Assembly (NCBI GenBank): GCA_036172245.1
Contig: JAYWIR010000009.1
Location: 4,340,001-4,404,000 of the forward strand
Direction: 5' to 3'
DNA: 64,000 bases
DNA from: Raillietiella orientalis
Taxonomy: Eukaryota
Below are positions 29,501-38,648 of this stretch, piece after piece (the first letter of the stretch is position 1; each line of letters begins with the position of its first letter). The translations under genes and the position numbers were made by a program. The notes under the pieces are model-generated. The model ran no database searches, was not told the origin of the DNA, and was given only the letters and a program-made list of their open reading frames with translations.

Positions 29501-29743
29501 AATACGTGGATTAGTCATCAGGATGATGATACGACAGAATACAAACATGAATGAAAAAAAATTCCACCATTCAAATCAAATAAAACATTGAGTTTGATGG
29601 AATCCAATAGCCTTCATAAGGCAAGAGCTAAAAATTTGTACTTGAAACTTTTCCTGAAAATTGTATAACACCTAGTAAAATTACTAATTCATTTTTCCTT
29701 ATCAACTCTTTACAAATTAACATTGCCAAAAAAGATACTTACT

Positions 29744-30463
29744 TTAGACTAAATAAGGATCTGATTCTTTTTTCCACACGTAAGGCGTGCCAGGAGTACA
29801 TGAAACAGGAGAACCTGATTCGCCTTTACTAAAAATGTCACTTTATAACAAAATCCTTATGCTATTTCTTACTTTTGTGCTTCAATGGGAAGACAACTAT
29901 TAACTCCTATTTTATTATTAACAACAAGAACCGGTAATTTAACCAACTGCCTAGGATTTCTTTCAAAATAAAAATTTTTACTGAGCTTGTGAGCTTGTCC
30001 TGGAGGTAAGTTGGGGGGAAGCGATGAACGTGGACTGATCACACCTTCAAACCTTAATGGATTTCGTTGATCCCTCTAAAAAAAATTTAACAATACGAAA
30101 TGATTACAGCAATGTTTAATGTACCTATCTTTTTCAAAAGCTAACAACAACTACACTTAATTAAGAATACATAATGCGTTCCGTTCCTGTTTGGTTAAAG
30201 TTGTTATGAAAGAATTTAAATGTACATAGCATAAAGCACTGGAAAACTTATGAATGCAAAAATCATACACCTTGACGCTAAAACCTAAACTACCAAATCA
30301 ATAAGTTATCACATTACATTCTACAAGTAATGCAGCACACAACCTTTTCGCATTGCGGATGCCATCGTCAAGGGCACGAATATGGATAAGAATTACTTAC
30401 ACCCAACAGGTATTTTCTCAACAGTTGCAAAAATGTAGAGACTTCACGTTGATCACGACTCAT
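29744..30463 (-). CDS. NDUFA7: NADH dehydrogenase 1 alpha subcomplex subunit 7 (B14.5a), 3 exons, absent from the ORF track
   Basis: Exons 30463-30401, 30075-29873 and 29840-29744 translate to MSRDQREVSTFLQLLRKYLLG-RDQRNPLRFEGVISPRSSLPPNLPPGQAHKLSKNFYFERNPR...TPGTPYVWKKESDPYLV*. This matches the NDUFA7 pattern LRF..I..R..P.P.LP.G..HKLS.NYY..R ... TPG...W...DPYL. Confidence 0.92.
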
Positions 30464-30664
30464 AGCGAAGATTGTATTTCTGAAATCACACTGCTGCAGC
30501 TGGAAACATCACACAGACACGCAGCGACGCGCGCGGCCGATTCCCTCGAGAGCTGAAATCTACCTGAAAACACGCTTGCAGGCACCCATTCGAGACGTGT
30601 AGGCGTCAGCAACACACATCTCAAACACAGCAATTCATGTAGTACTTATGGGCGCGGAACACTA

Positions 30665-31290
30665 TTACGCTTCCTCGGTTGGATTTCTTGTTTCAGGCAA
30701 CGGAAGCAGTAATTGGATCGTACGCACAAAAAAGTTGCCCAAAAGCATCAGCTCCTTTGAAACAGAAAACTCTGGCACGAATCCTGCTCTCCATGTCATT
30801 TTCAAAGTTAACGGCCACGGTAGTACAGATGAAAGAAAGGGTTCTTCCCTATCTTCCACTTTTCCTTTCTGGTTCCTGAATTTGTGCTACGAGGGATGTT
30901 ACAGTAAGTTTCACTCCGGGGGAAATCCTGCAGGCTGTATTTCGGCGCTTCTTCCTCTCCGTCCAGGGGCCTGCTCCTCTTCATGATGCTGTCACAGATT
31001 TTGGGTATAGTCCGATAATCTTCCAAGCCGATGTGTCCAATACATGTCGGGAGCGTGGTGAATGCATGCCATAAACTGCCTCATATATCTGAACGCATCC
31101 CGGTTCAAGCACTGCTTCATTGGTAGGATCTCAAGTTCCCAAAGGTCCAAGGATGATGGCCAGCAACTTGGCGTCGACTTACTCGGACTGCTGGTAGGCA
31201 GTCTCTTATTTGAACACTTTCTCACTCCTGGTGATACTGAAGGCTTCTTTCCCATTATCCAAGGGGAAGCATCACCATCTGTTGTCCTTC
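30665..31290 (-). mobile_element. Decayed BEL/Pao LTR retrotransposon integrase/C-terminal fragment
   Basis: Fragments LNRDAFRYMRQFMACIHHAPDMYW (like the F..ALRRF.ARRG.P..I.SDN integrase motif) and LPWPL...NFFVRTIQLLLPL (like the DUF5641 WPL...RPIQ.L.PL motif), with frameshifts. Confidence 0.55.
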
Positions 31291-31299
31291 TGTGATACT

Positions 31300-32300
31300 T
31301 GATCTAGTCTCAGAGCTGAATCACGACCAGGAACGTTCTGATTCGTCGATACCAGTTTCCATCTTCCTGTTTCTATTGCTGCTATCTAAAACTTGTCTAA
31401 AATGGCATCGTGTCGCACCGTGTATAGACGAGTGCCTCATGCAATGATTTGTTATGTGAGGCAACACCGCGTCGTCACACAGGCTAGAACGACGATATGA
31501 ACGATCAGATTCTCAAATTATGGTTGTTCCTCTAATGGGAAGCAGATTAAGCGTTGTAGCGTGGATGGATCTGTAGTCCTCAAATGTCAAGTAGTCACCA
31601 TTAGTGTAAAAATAGCTCGAATAACTATGCAGTTCAATGCAGTGCATGGCTTTCACTAGATCCAGATTCTTCTTCACCTGGGATTGCCATGCTTTTTCCG
31701 GTTGCCCAGCTCTTACAAAGGAGGAAAGTTTTCTCTTGATGCAGATACCAAGAATCATCTCACTGATTCGAATTATTTGTCCCAAACTGCTCCTGATCTT
31801 AACGTAGCTTGTCCTTAATGGTTTAATGCATGAACAGGCCTCGTTACATAGGATTCCAGTTGAATATTTGCGATGTTGTCAAACGATAAGTGTTCAACGA
31901 TTTCAGGGTAAGTGAACCCAACTTCAACTTATGCTAGTGTTTTTGGCCTTATGGTATGCGAGATGGTGCTAAAAGCTTTGGTAAGACCAACGAAAACCAT
32001 TCCAATGTTCCCATATCGTCGAGGTAAGGTATCCAATTGCGTTTGGAGGACAAAGTGTCCTTCAAGAACTCCATCGAAGATAGAAATCCCTTCTGCTAGG
32101 GACAGACCATCTTGCTTCTCAAAATCCATTCCTGCAACCTTGTCGTTAGGGGTTTTGTGTGAAGCTTATAGATGCAACTGCCGATGGAAATCGGTCTCCA
32201 ATTGCCAATCTCTTCTATCGAGGCAGAAGCTTTCGGGATCGAAATTGCCGGGTGGACTTTCACTCTTCCGGAACTCGGTCGAATTTCAATCAACTGAACA
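31300..32300 (-). mobile_element. Decayed non-LTR retrotransposon fragment, RLE-type (R2/NeSL-like)
   Basis: IPKASASIEEIGNWRPISIGSCIYKL (RT domain 1), AEGISIF...MVFVGLTKAFSTISH (D..KAFD.V.H), then GDYLTFEDYRSIHATTLNLLPIRG and a degenerate CCHC knuckle (LPHITNHC). Much of the RT core is deleted. Confidence 0.8.
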
Positions 32301-33669
32301 GTATTGTTAGAATGGTAGCTTTTGCAGAGTAACTTTTTTGGGTACTCCAGTTGGAGTATGTAATACGGTCTGATCCGGGAAAACATATCAAATGCTAACA
32401 CGGTACTCACATGAAGAGGTAACAATAGAGACAAGGTGACCAGCATGAAAACGCAACGAAGAATCCTCAGGGCTTTTTAAGTGCACCAACACAGTATACT
32501 GTGGAAATAAAGGAACGAGAGGTGCCATGGAAGTTTGCAAATGATTTTCGTATCTCCAGATACATCAGGTGGAATGGCTTCTCGGCCTTTTGGCAAACAT
32601 AAAGTATAATTTATTCGATTTTAATTCGGTAATGGCGCTTGTTCGATGATGGCAGAAGTTTGGTATTTGCCTTCAGAGTTGTATGAATTTTAGTATGACC
32701 TTTTGAGTGGTTCTTGGTTGAATTTTCCTTTGAGTGTACGCTCTTGTGTTTGCCAAGTCGATTTGGCGAATACATTTGTAGATGATTAAGGAGCAGTAAT
32801 TCGTAAACAAAGTGACTTGTGGATTCAGTTAAAAGTTTTATACAAAGGATGCCTTTCGAATAGCAGTATCCACCTTTGATAATTAAAGACATGGATAAAA
32901 TATTTGCAATAATTACGGCTTCCATGACATGAGACTAAAAGCAGCCGTTTCTGAAGCGACTGTGCATTCTGCTTCTTGAATTTCAAACGCTGTGTAGTCG
33001 AAAATGCTTTGGACCCCCAAATTCCTGCATTACAAGATATAATCGATCAGTTAAATTGATTGGATCAAAATGGAAATTGTGTTCTTTAGAGTATTGTGTT
33101 GACAGCTGAGAAACCGAAGCACCAAATTTTAGTGGGAAAGATTTGAAATATTTTTCGATCATGTTTCCCATAATTCCGTAATTCATGCGAAAGCCCTTTT
33201 TTGAAAAAAAAATACCTGTAGTGCAATTCATTAGTTTTATTCCCTCATTCGGTGTCAAGTATCGAAATTCCATGATTTACTGTTATAACAGAAATTTTCC
33301 TGATTGATTTCTTACAGCCAACTGGGTATTGAAGCGTCTTTCGTTCTTGAGAGATCCTCCAATGCTCAGATATGTGTTAAAAAACTTTTTATTGATTTTA
33401 TTGACGGATGCTCATGCATTTTCTAATGATCATTGGTTGTGTGGCAACTGGTGCGAACTCTTATTTTCATTATTCAGTTTTCTTTAGTAAATGTTCTTGA
33501 GTGAATGAAGATCATATGTGATGGAATTTGTTTCTATACCATGCAGTTTAATGGTGATGACCGACGCATTTCGTTTGTTAACCATTGTTCGTCTTTCAGA
33601 AATAGCATACAGCATATGAACATTGTCACTCCAAAAAGTACCCATTAATACGTTTTCAGACTCTGATGA

Positions 33670-33919
33670 ATGCCTAAGGATCCCTGTAAGATTTATGCAT
33701 GTAACTTACAGAAATGCTTACAAAGTAATCATCATCATCAGAGTGTTAAGAAATTAAAAACTAAATTTGTTTTTAGGGCATCATTTCCAGGAAAATAAGT
33801 GCCTTAAAAGCATTCTTGATTTGAAAAATTGCTGCATGAGATCATTTTACTTGTCTGATACATGCTCAGGCATGTATTCATATAATATTCCTAAAACAGA
33901 GTTTAAAAATAATGAGTGA
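33670..33919 (+). CDS. CMC4: Cx9C motif-containing protein 4 (p8-MTCP1), 65 aa, 2 exons, absent from the ORF track; cistron 1
   Basis: Exons 33670-33724 and 33777-33919 (52-nt GT-AG intron) give MPKDPCKIYACNLQKCLQRHHFQENKCLKSILDLKNCCMRSFYLSDTCSGMYSYNIPKTEFKNNE*. This matches the CMC4 pattern KDPC...AC..QKCLQ.....E.KC......L..CC.......CSG. Confidence 0.88.
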
Positions 33920-34247
33920 TTATAACCCTCCCACACTTCCCTCCCTTCCATCACAAAAATCTCTTGTAGAATTCAAAAAGGGACGTTATTTTTATGATAT
34001 AAAAAAAGAAAGATCTTTGTTTGTTCGTCACCCAAGGCGATGGATGATAGGCCTTTATCTTGCTTCAGCATTGTGTTTTTTATCAGTACCAATCTGTAAT
34101 TACCTTTTTGGCCCATTTCCAAAGATTTTTCATATAAAAGAAGATCGAGAGAAAATTATGCTTCAGCACAAAAAAATTTGTGAAAAAAATCGTGAAATCC
34201 AATTTTTGTCTCAACTTAATGCTGATGGAATCAGTAAAAAGTGCTAG
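33912..34247 (+). CDS. 111-aa predicted single-pass membrane protein of unknown function; cistron 2
   Basis: Intact ATG-TAG ORF that exactly fills the gap between CMC4 and NDUFAF8 and overlaps both. It has one hydrophobic segment, WMIGLYLASALCFLSVPICNYLF, preceded by basic residues. Confidence 0.62.
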   Translation: MSDYNPPTLPSLPSQKSLVEFKKGRYFYDIKKERSLFVRHPRRWMIGLYLASALCFLSVPICNYLFGPFPKIFHIKEDREKIMLQHKKICEKNREIQFLSQLNADGISKKC

Positions 34248-34425
34248 AACGCGGCTGCATTGGTTTTCCAAAGCATTTAGTTCTTGCCACAAAGAGGCTT
34301 CATTATATGGAAAATGTGTTTTGATAAATGACACCAACACAAAAAAAGATGAATGCTTGAAAGAGTTCTTGCTATTAAAGCAATGTTTTCAGAAATCATT
34401 TCTGCAATCCGGATATCGCCCTTAA
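34225..34425 (+). CDS. NDUFAF8: Complex I assembly factor 8-like twin-Cx9C protein, 66 aa; cistron 3
   Basis: MESVKSARTRLHWFSKAFSSCHKEASLYGKCVLINDTNTKKDECLKEFLLLKQCFQK has two Cx9C motifs and the NDUFAF8 pattern V...R.RL..F......C..EA..YG.CV......KD.C.KEF..L..CF. Confidence 0.85.
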   Translation: MESVKSARTRLHWFSKAFSSCHKEASLYGKCVLINDTNTKKDECLKEFLLLKQCFQKSFLQSGYRP

Positions 34426-35612
34426 TGCATAAAGCAACTGATTCTCATTTTCAAATTATAAAGTATTGTATTTATGCTTACATTTTACGAATCTTGTTAA
34501 TCTTATATTCAATGTTTCATGATGCATACTTTGTGCCAAAGTACACTGATATTGATTATGAAGTGTTTCAAGATGCTGCATCTTATATGTATCACAATCA
34601 TTCTCCATATTTGCGTTCTGCATACAGGTACAGCCCATTAGTTGCTTTTCTTTTACTTCCAAATATATGGATGTGTTCTTGTTGGGGAAAGTTAGTATTT
34701 AGTTTCATGGATGTTATGACAGGATACATGATTTATTTGATTCAGCATCAGAAAGGATTTCCAAGTCATCAAGCACTCTCGAGTGCTTTATGTTGGTTAT
34801 TTAATCCTCTTCCAGCAGTTCTGTGTAGTCGTGGTAGCATGGATTCAATAATTTCCTTCTTAATTTTATATAGCATGTATCAGCTATTTAGGCAACCTCT
34901 AATTTCTGGGTTTGTATTTGGTATTGCTATTCATTTCAGACTGTATCCAGTGATTCTTATGTTTGCTTACTTCAATGCATTAAATGAAAAAAGGTTATAT
35001 TGCTTTCCTTATGTGAATCATCAACAGATCTGTTTTTGTATTAGTACAGCCCTGACAGTCATGATGCTTTTCATTTCATGTTATGCTGCATTTGAGGCAC
35101 CTTACGTTGAGGAATCTATTGTTTATCATCTCCATCGTAAAGATATACGCCATAACTTTTCTGTGTTTTTTTATATGTTATATTTAGATTCATGTAATGA
35201 GAAGGCTTTGCTGAATATGTTACTTTTTGTTCCGCAGAGCATAATTATTTTCTTTCTTAGTATGAAATTTGGGTCATTCAAGCACTTAAGCTTGGCATCA
35301 TTTATGATTGTAGCTACATTTGTGAGCTTTAACAAAGTGGTAACTTCGCAGTATTTTCTTTGGTATTTTAGCCTGCTACCTCTAATTATTCCATATTTAA
35401 ACATTCAGTATCTAGGAGGATGCATGTTAATGCTGGTATGGTTTCTTGCACAGGGTTTATGGCTTCTTGCAGCATATTTATTAGAATTTCATGGTATCAA
35501 TACATTTACCCTTATATGGATTTGTTGTTTGCTGTTTTTCATTACAAATGTCACCATACTTGTTATAATATTAAAATTGTATAAGAATGACCCTACAAAA
35601 GTGAAAGAATAA
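34425..35612 (+). CDS. PIGM: GPI mannosyltransferase 1, intronless, 395 aa from ATG 34425; cistron 4
   Basis: KYTDIDYEVFQDAA, SPYLRSAYRYSPL, WLFNPL, SRGSMDS, AIHFRLYPVI, YHLHRKDIRHNFSVFFYMLYL and FNKVVTSQYFLWY, with many TM segments and a C-terminal KxKE ER-retrieval-like tail. Confidence 0.96.
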   Translation: MHKATDSHFQIIKYCIYAYILRILLILYSMFHDAYFVPKYTDIDYEVFQDAASYMYHNHSPYLRSAYRYSPLVAFLLLPNIWMCSCWGKLVFSFMDVMTGYMIYLIQHQKGFPSHQALSSALCWLFNPLPAVLCSRGSMDSIISFLILYSMYQLFRQPLISGFVFGIAIHFRLYPVILMFAYFNALNEKRLYCFPYVNHQQICFCISTALTVMMLFISCYAAFEAPYVEESIVYHLHRKDIRHNFSVFFYMLYLDSCNEKALLNMLLFVPQSIIIFFLSMKFGSFKHLSLASFMIVATFVSFNKVVTSQYFLWYFSLLPLIIPYLNIQYLGGCMLMLVWFLAQGLWLLAAYLLEFHGINTFTLIWICCLLFFITNVTILVIILKLYKNDPTKVKE

Positions 35613-35687
35613 AACTATCTATGAAAGTTTTATTTTAGTATTTATCAAAAGCTAAAAAACTTTTGCCTTTATGCCTTTAATTTATTA

Positions 35688-37261
35688 TTAGTATTTCTCT
35701 TCTCGGAGTCCATGCTTAAGGAACATCATTACAGGAACATGTTTTCCATCAACTTCACGGTACTCCAATATTGCCAGCATACCATCAATGTCCATGGATT
35801 CTCCTAAAGTAGTTATGGTGTACACAATGCAAATTTACATTTTTAATTTCAAGTAATAGGAAAATAAACTGAACTAATTATAGCATATAATTAGTTCCCT
35901 AATTACATAAAGTAAATTACTCAGTAGTAACTTTTAAAATAATACAACTTAAGTCAAATAAATACAAACATATGCTTTTGTTACATTTCCAATGAAGCAG
36001 ATCATCAGTAACTGCCCAAAATGAATCAATTAACTAATCTCTGTGCATTTTCTTTTCACTAATTCAAACTTAACTTCTTGTTTAGATTGCATAAATTTAA
36101 AAGTACCATATGAATACAACCTTGAGCTCAGTGTTCAAGAATGTACTCATTTATTAATGTTTAGTTCTAAGCTGCACCACATGCTTGGTTTTACTTGAAT
36201 ACCTGTAAAAAATTGCAATTCCTTGAATTTCCCTACCAACTCCTTTGCTACTTTATTAACACTATTCTTGAATTTGTCAACTTCTTCAGGTTGCTCCTTT
36301 TGCAAAATTTCCAAAATCCTAAACGTATTAATCATAACACAAAACAATATAAAAATAACGAACTTGTTTGTGTACTCTTTCAAGTACTGGGTGAACGATT
36401 TTTTATCTGGAAATGCGAAGTTTTCTTGAAGTCGCTGATTCAAAACAATATCAACTCCAGACTCAACTACTTCATCAGTGTCGTTGCTGACTTCTTCAGC
36501 AGATGGATTCGCGCCTTCTAGACGAATATCTCCATGTTTTCTATTAATATACTGCACAGATCATTAAATAGTAGTAATTCATTGATACTTCAATTATACT
36601 TTTCCATAGACTTCATATAATACACCATCAACCAACTTCATTTTATATGAATCGGTGAACATTTCATCTCCTTAAAACAAAGATACAGACTTAACAATGT
36701 AAAAAAAAAAAAAAAAACATTAATAAATCAACATTCATAATTAAACTTTTTCAAAAAAATGCAAGCTACATTACGGTGAACCAATAAATTTGGTGCGAGG
36801 TACCGACACTACATAATTTTTCTAAAGAAAAATTTTTATATCTCACTGTGCAGATATTGTTTTTATTCGGAAAGTAATTAAATCTCTGAATATGGAATTT
36901 TCATTACCCTCCAAATTTTCTTGACTTTCTTGAAATTCGACATTTGCTTTTTTTTGCTCGCAAGAAAAAATTCGAAATTATTATCAATGCCATTTAACAG
37001 AATCATATTATAATGAAAAAATTTCAGCATGAAATCAAATGTCAGACAACTTATTTAAAATACGTTGCCATTACTAGTTGGATGATTTCCGTACGTTTGT
37101 TCTGATTCATCACTTACTACGTAAACGGATCTGCACGGTTGCACAACGTAAAACATGACCTCATTTTAAACAAAAACTTAAACGTTTTCGTGCCGTGCAA
37201 AAGATGCTCATGAGAGTATCAACGTATTCTTACCAGTAAAAATATCTTTATAAATCTTCAT
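35688..37261 (-). CDS. TPT1: Translationally controlled tumour protein (TCTP), 5 exons
   Basis: Exons 37261-37234, 36670-36600, 36551-36364, 36318-36203 and 35803-35688 give MKIYKDIFTGDEMFTDSY...GANPSAEE...ESGVDIVLNQRLQE...LQFFTGESMDIDGM...MMFLKHGLREEKY*. Confidence 0.97.
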
Positions 37262-38358
37262 GTTTCCCGGGTGCGGCCTTCCAAATTTGGACTAATACAC
37301 TTAAACAAATAAATAAACTTCACGCGTTGACTACGTTTCGCAGATCTATAAGGAAAACGAATGTGCTGTCGCAGATTACCAGCTCAACAATTTTGTAATT
37401 ACGCTTCCGTATGCAGTGTTATTTCAAAACAGCCACATCTGAATGTAGATCCCAGTGTGAGATTATCAAATAATGTGTACGAAATGAAGCATAAGGACAC
37501 AATATCGCAAAATTTTGTAATACATAGGTCAGCTAACTTTAAATATGAAAACTGGATTTTGGAAGTTGAATTGATTTGTCAGCTTCTTTAAAATTGTATA
37601 CCTTAAGATCATTCAATACTAAATTAACATCATTAAACAATATGATATTTATCTAATCTTAGAATCTGAAGCACACAATCATTAAGGAATGAATGGAATA
37701 CTCGAAGATTACGAAGAAAATAACTCAAAGGATTCAAACCTTGACTTCTGAATCCTTGCACATTTATCTTGGAAAACTGTTACTACAGTACTACTTAAAG
37801 ATTAACAAAATGATTTTCAATCATCAGTTTTAAAATTTAGAATTCATATAATTAGCTACCTAATTATGTCACTGTTCTCTTCGAAATCTATTTTGTAGCT
37901 ATGGACAAATGACTTTTCCCAACAACAACACAGTAAACAGTTTCCAAACACTCCCTCAAAAACTGTAGTGAACAACTAAAATTTAACCAAACAAATAGAA
38001 TTCTGGATACAGGCTAAAATCTTTATGACTGCTAACTACCTGAAATCAAGTTCTGTAGAATATGAAAGTTCCAAAAGTACTTCTCGAGGTAAAATGAGGT
38101 CGAATTGAACTGTTCATATAGTCACAGAAAATTATACAACACAAGAATCCTTTCAAGTGTCTTACAAGAAAATTTAAGACTTTTTTTTCGTACGAGTCCT
38201 TAGGGAGGTAACAGCACCTTACATTTCTTAAAGGTGTTCAGAAATTATATGCTATGCACCTTCTCAATGCATAAAATGATCTCCCATTGATCTGAAATTG
38301 TATTCAGCAGAAGTCATAGTTACAACAAAACAGACTTGAAAGTGAGTAAGCTTTTAGA

Positions 38359-38648
38359 AGTTTGCAGAGGACTTTATATAAGTCCTCTGCAAACTGAGAT
38401 AAAAAGGTTTTTCATCTTAAAACTCTTCTAATCCAACACATTAATCGATACGAGAGCATTCCAGCAATTAAGAATTTCAATTTTAGAAAGAATCAGAAAC
38501 TACTCAAGAAATTTACGAAACTGCATTAAACGAATATTTTCCATTGCTGCTAAAAACAGCAGTGGAAACAGATGACAGTTCCTGATGGATATTCCTAATT
38601 TTTTGTAAAAAAACAAAAAATTAGGAACATCCATCAGGAACTGTCATC
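38359..38648. repeat. Cluster of three inverted repeats (hairpins)
   Basis: 16-bp perfect arms 38359-38374/38380-38395; 12-bp arms with one G-U pair across 38538-38568; 36-bp arms with one mismatch 38571-38606/38613-38648. Confidence 0.9.

Noticed and set aside
32611..33273. Two minus-strand ORFs (104 and 96 aa) divergent from the polycistron
   Set aside because: No recognisable motifs; cannot distinguish a fast-evolving gene, TE relic or chance ORFs.
34180..34224. ORF-track start of the 81-aa ORF
   Set aside because: Begins at a non-ATG codon inside ORF2; family similarity begins at MESV (34225).
34353..34424. ORF-track N-terminal extension of PIG-M (MLERVLAIKAMFSEIISAIRISPL)
   Set aside because: It is an alternative frame of the NDUFAF8 coding sequence and shows no PIG-M similarity. 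ATG 34425 is the more plausible start, although upstream in-frame starts cannot be excluded.
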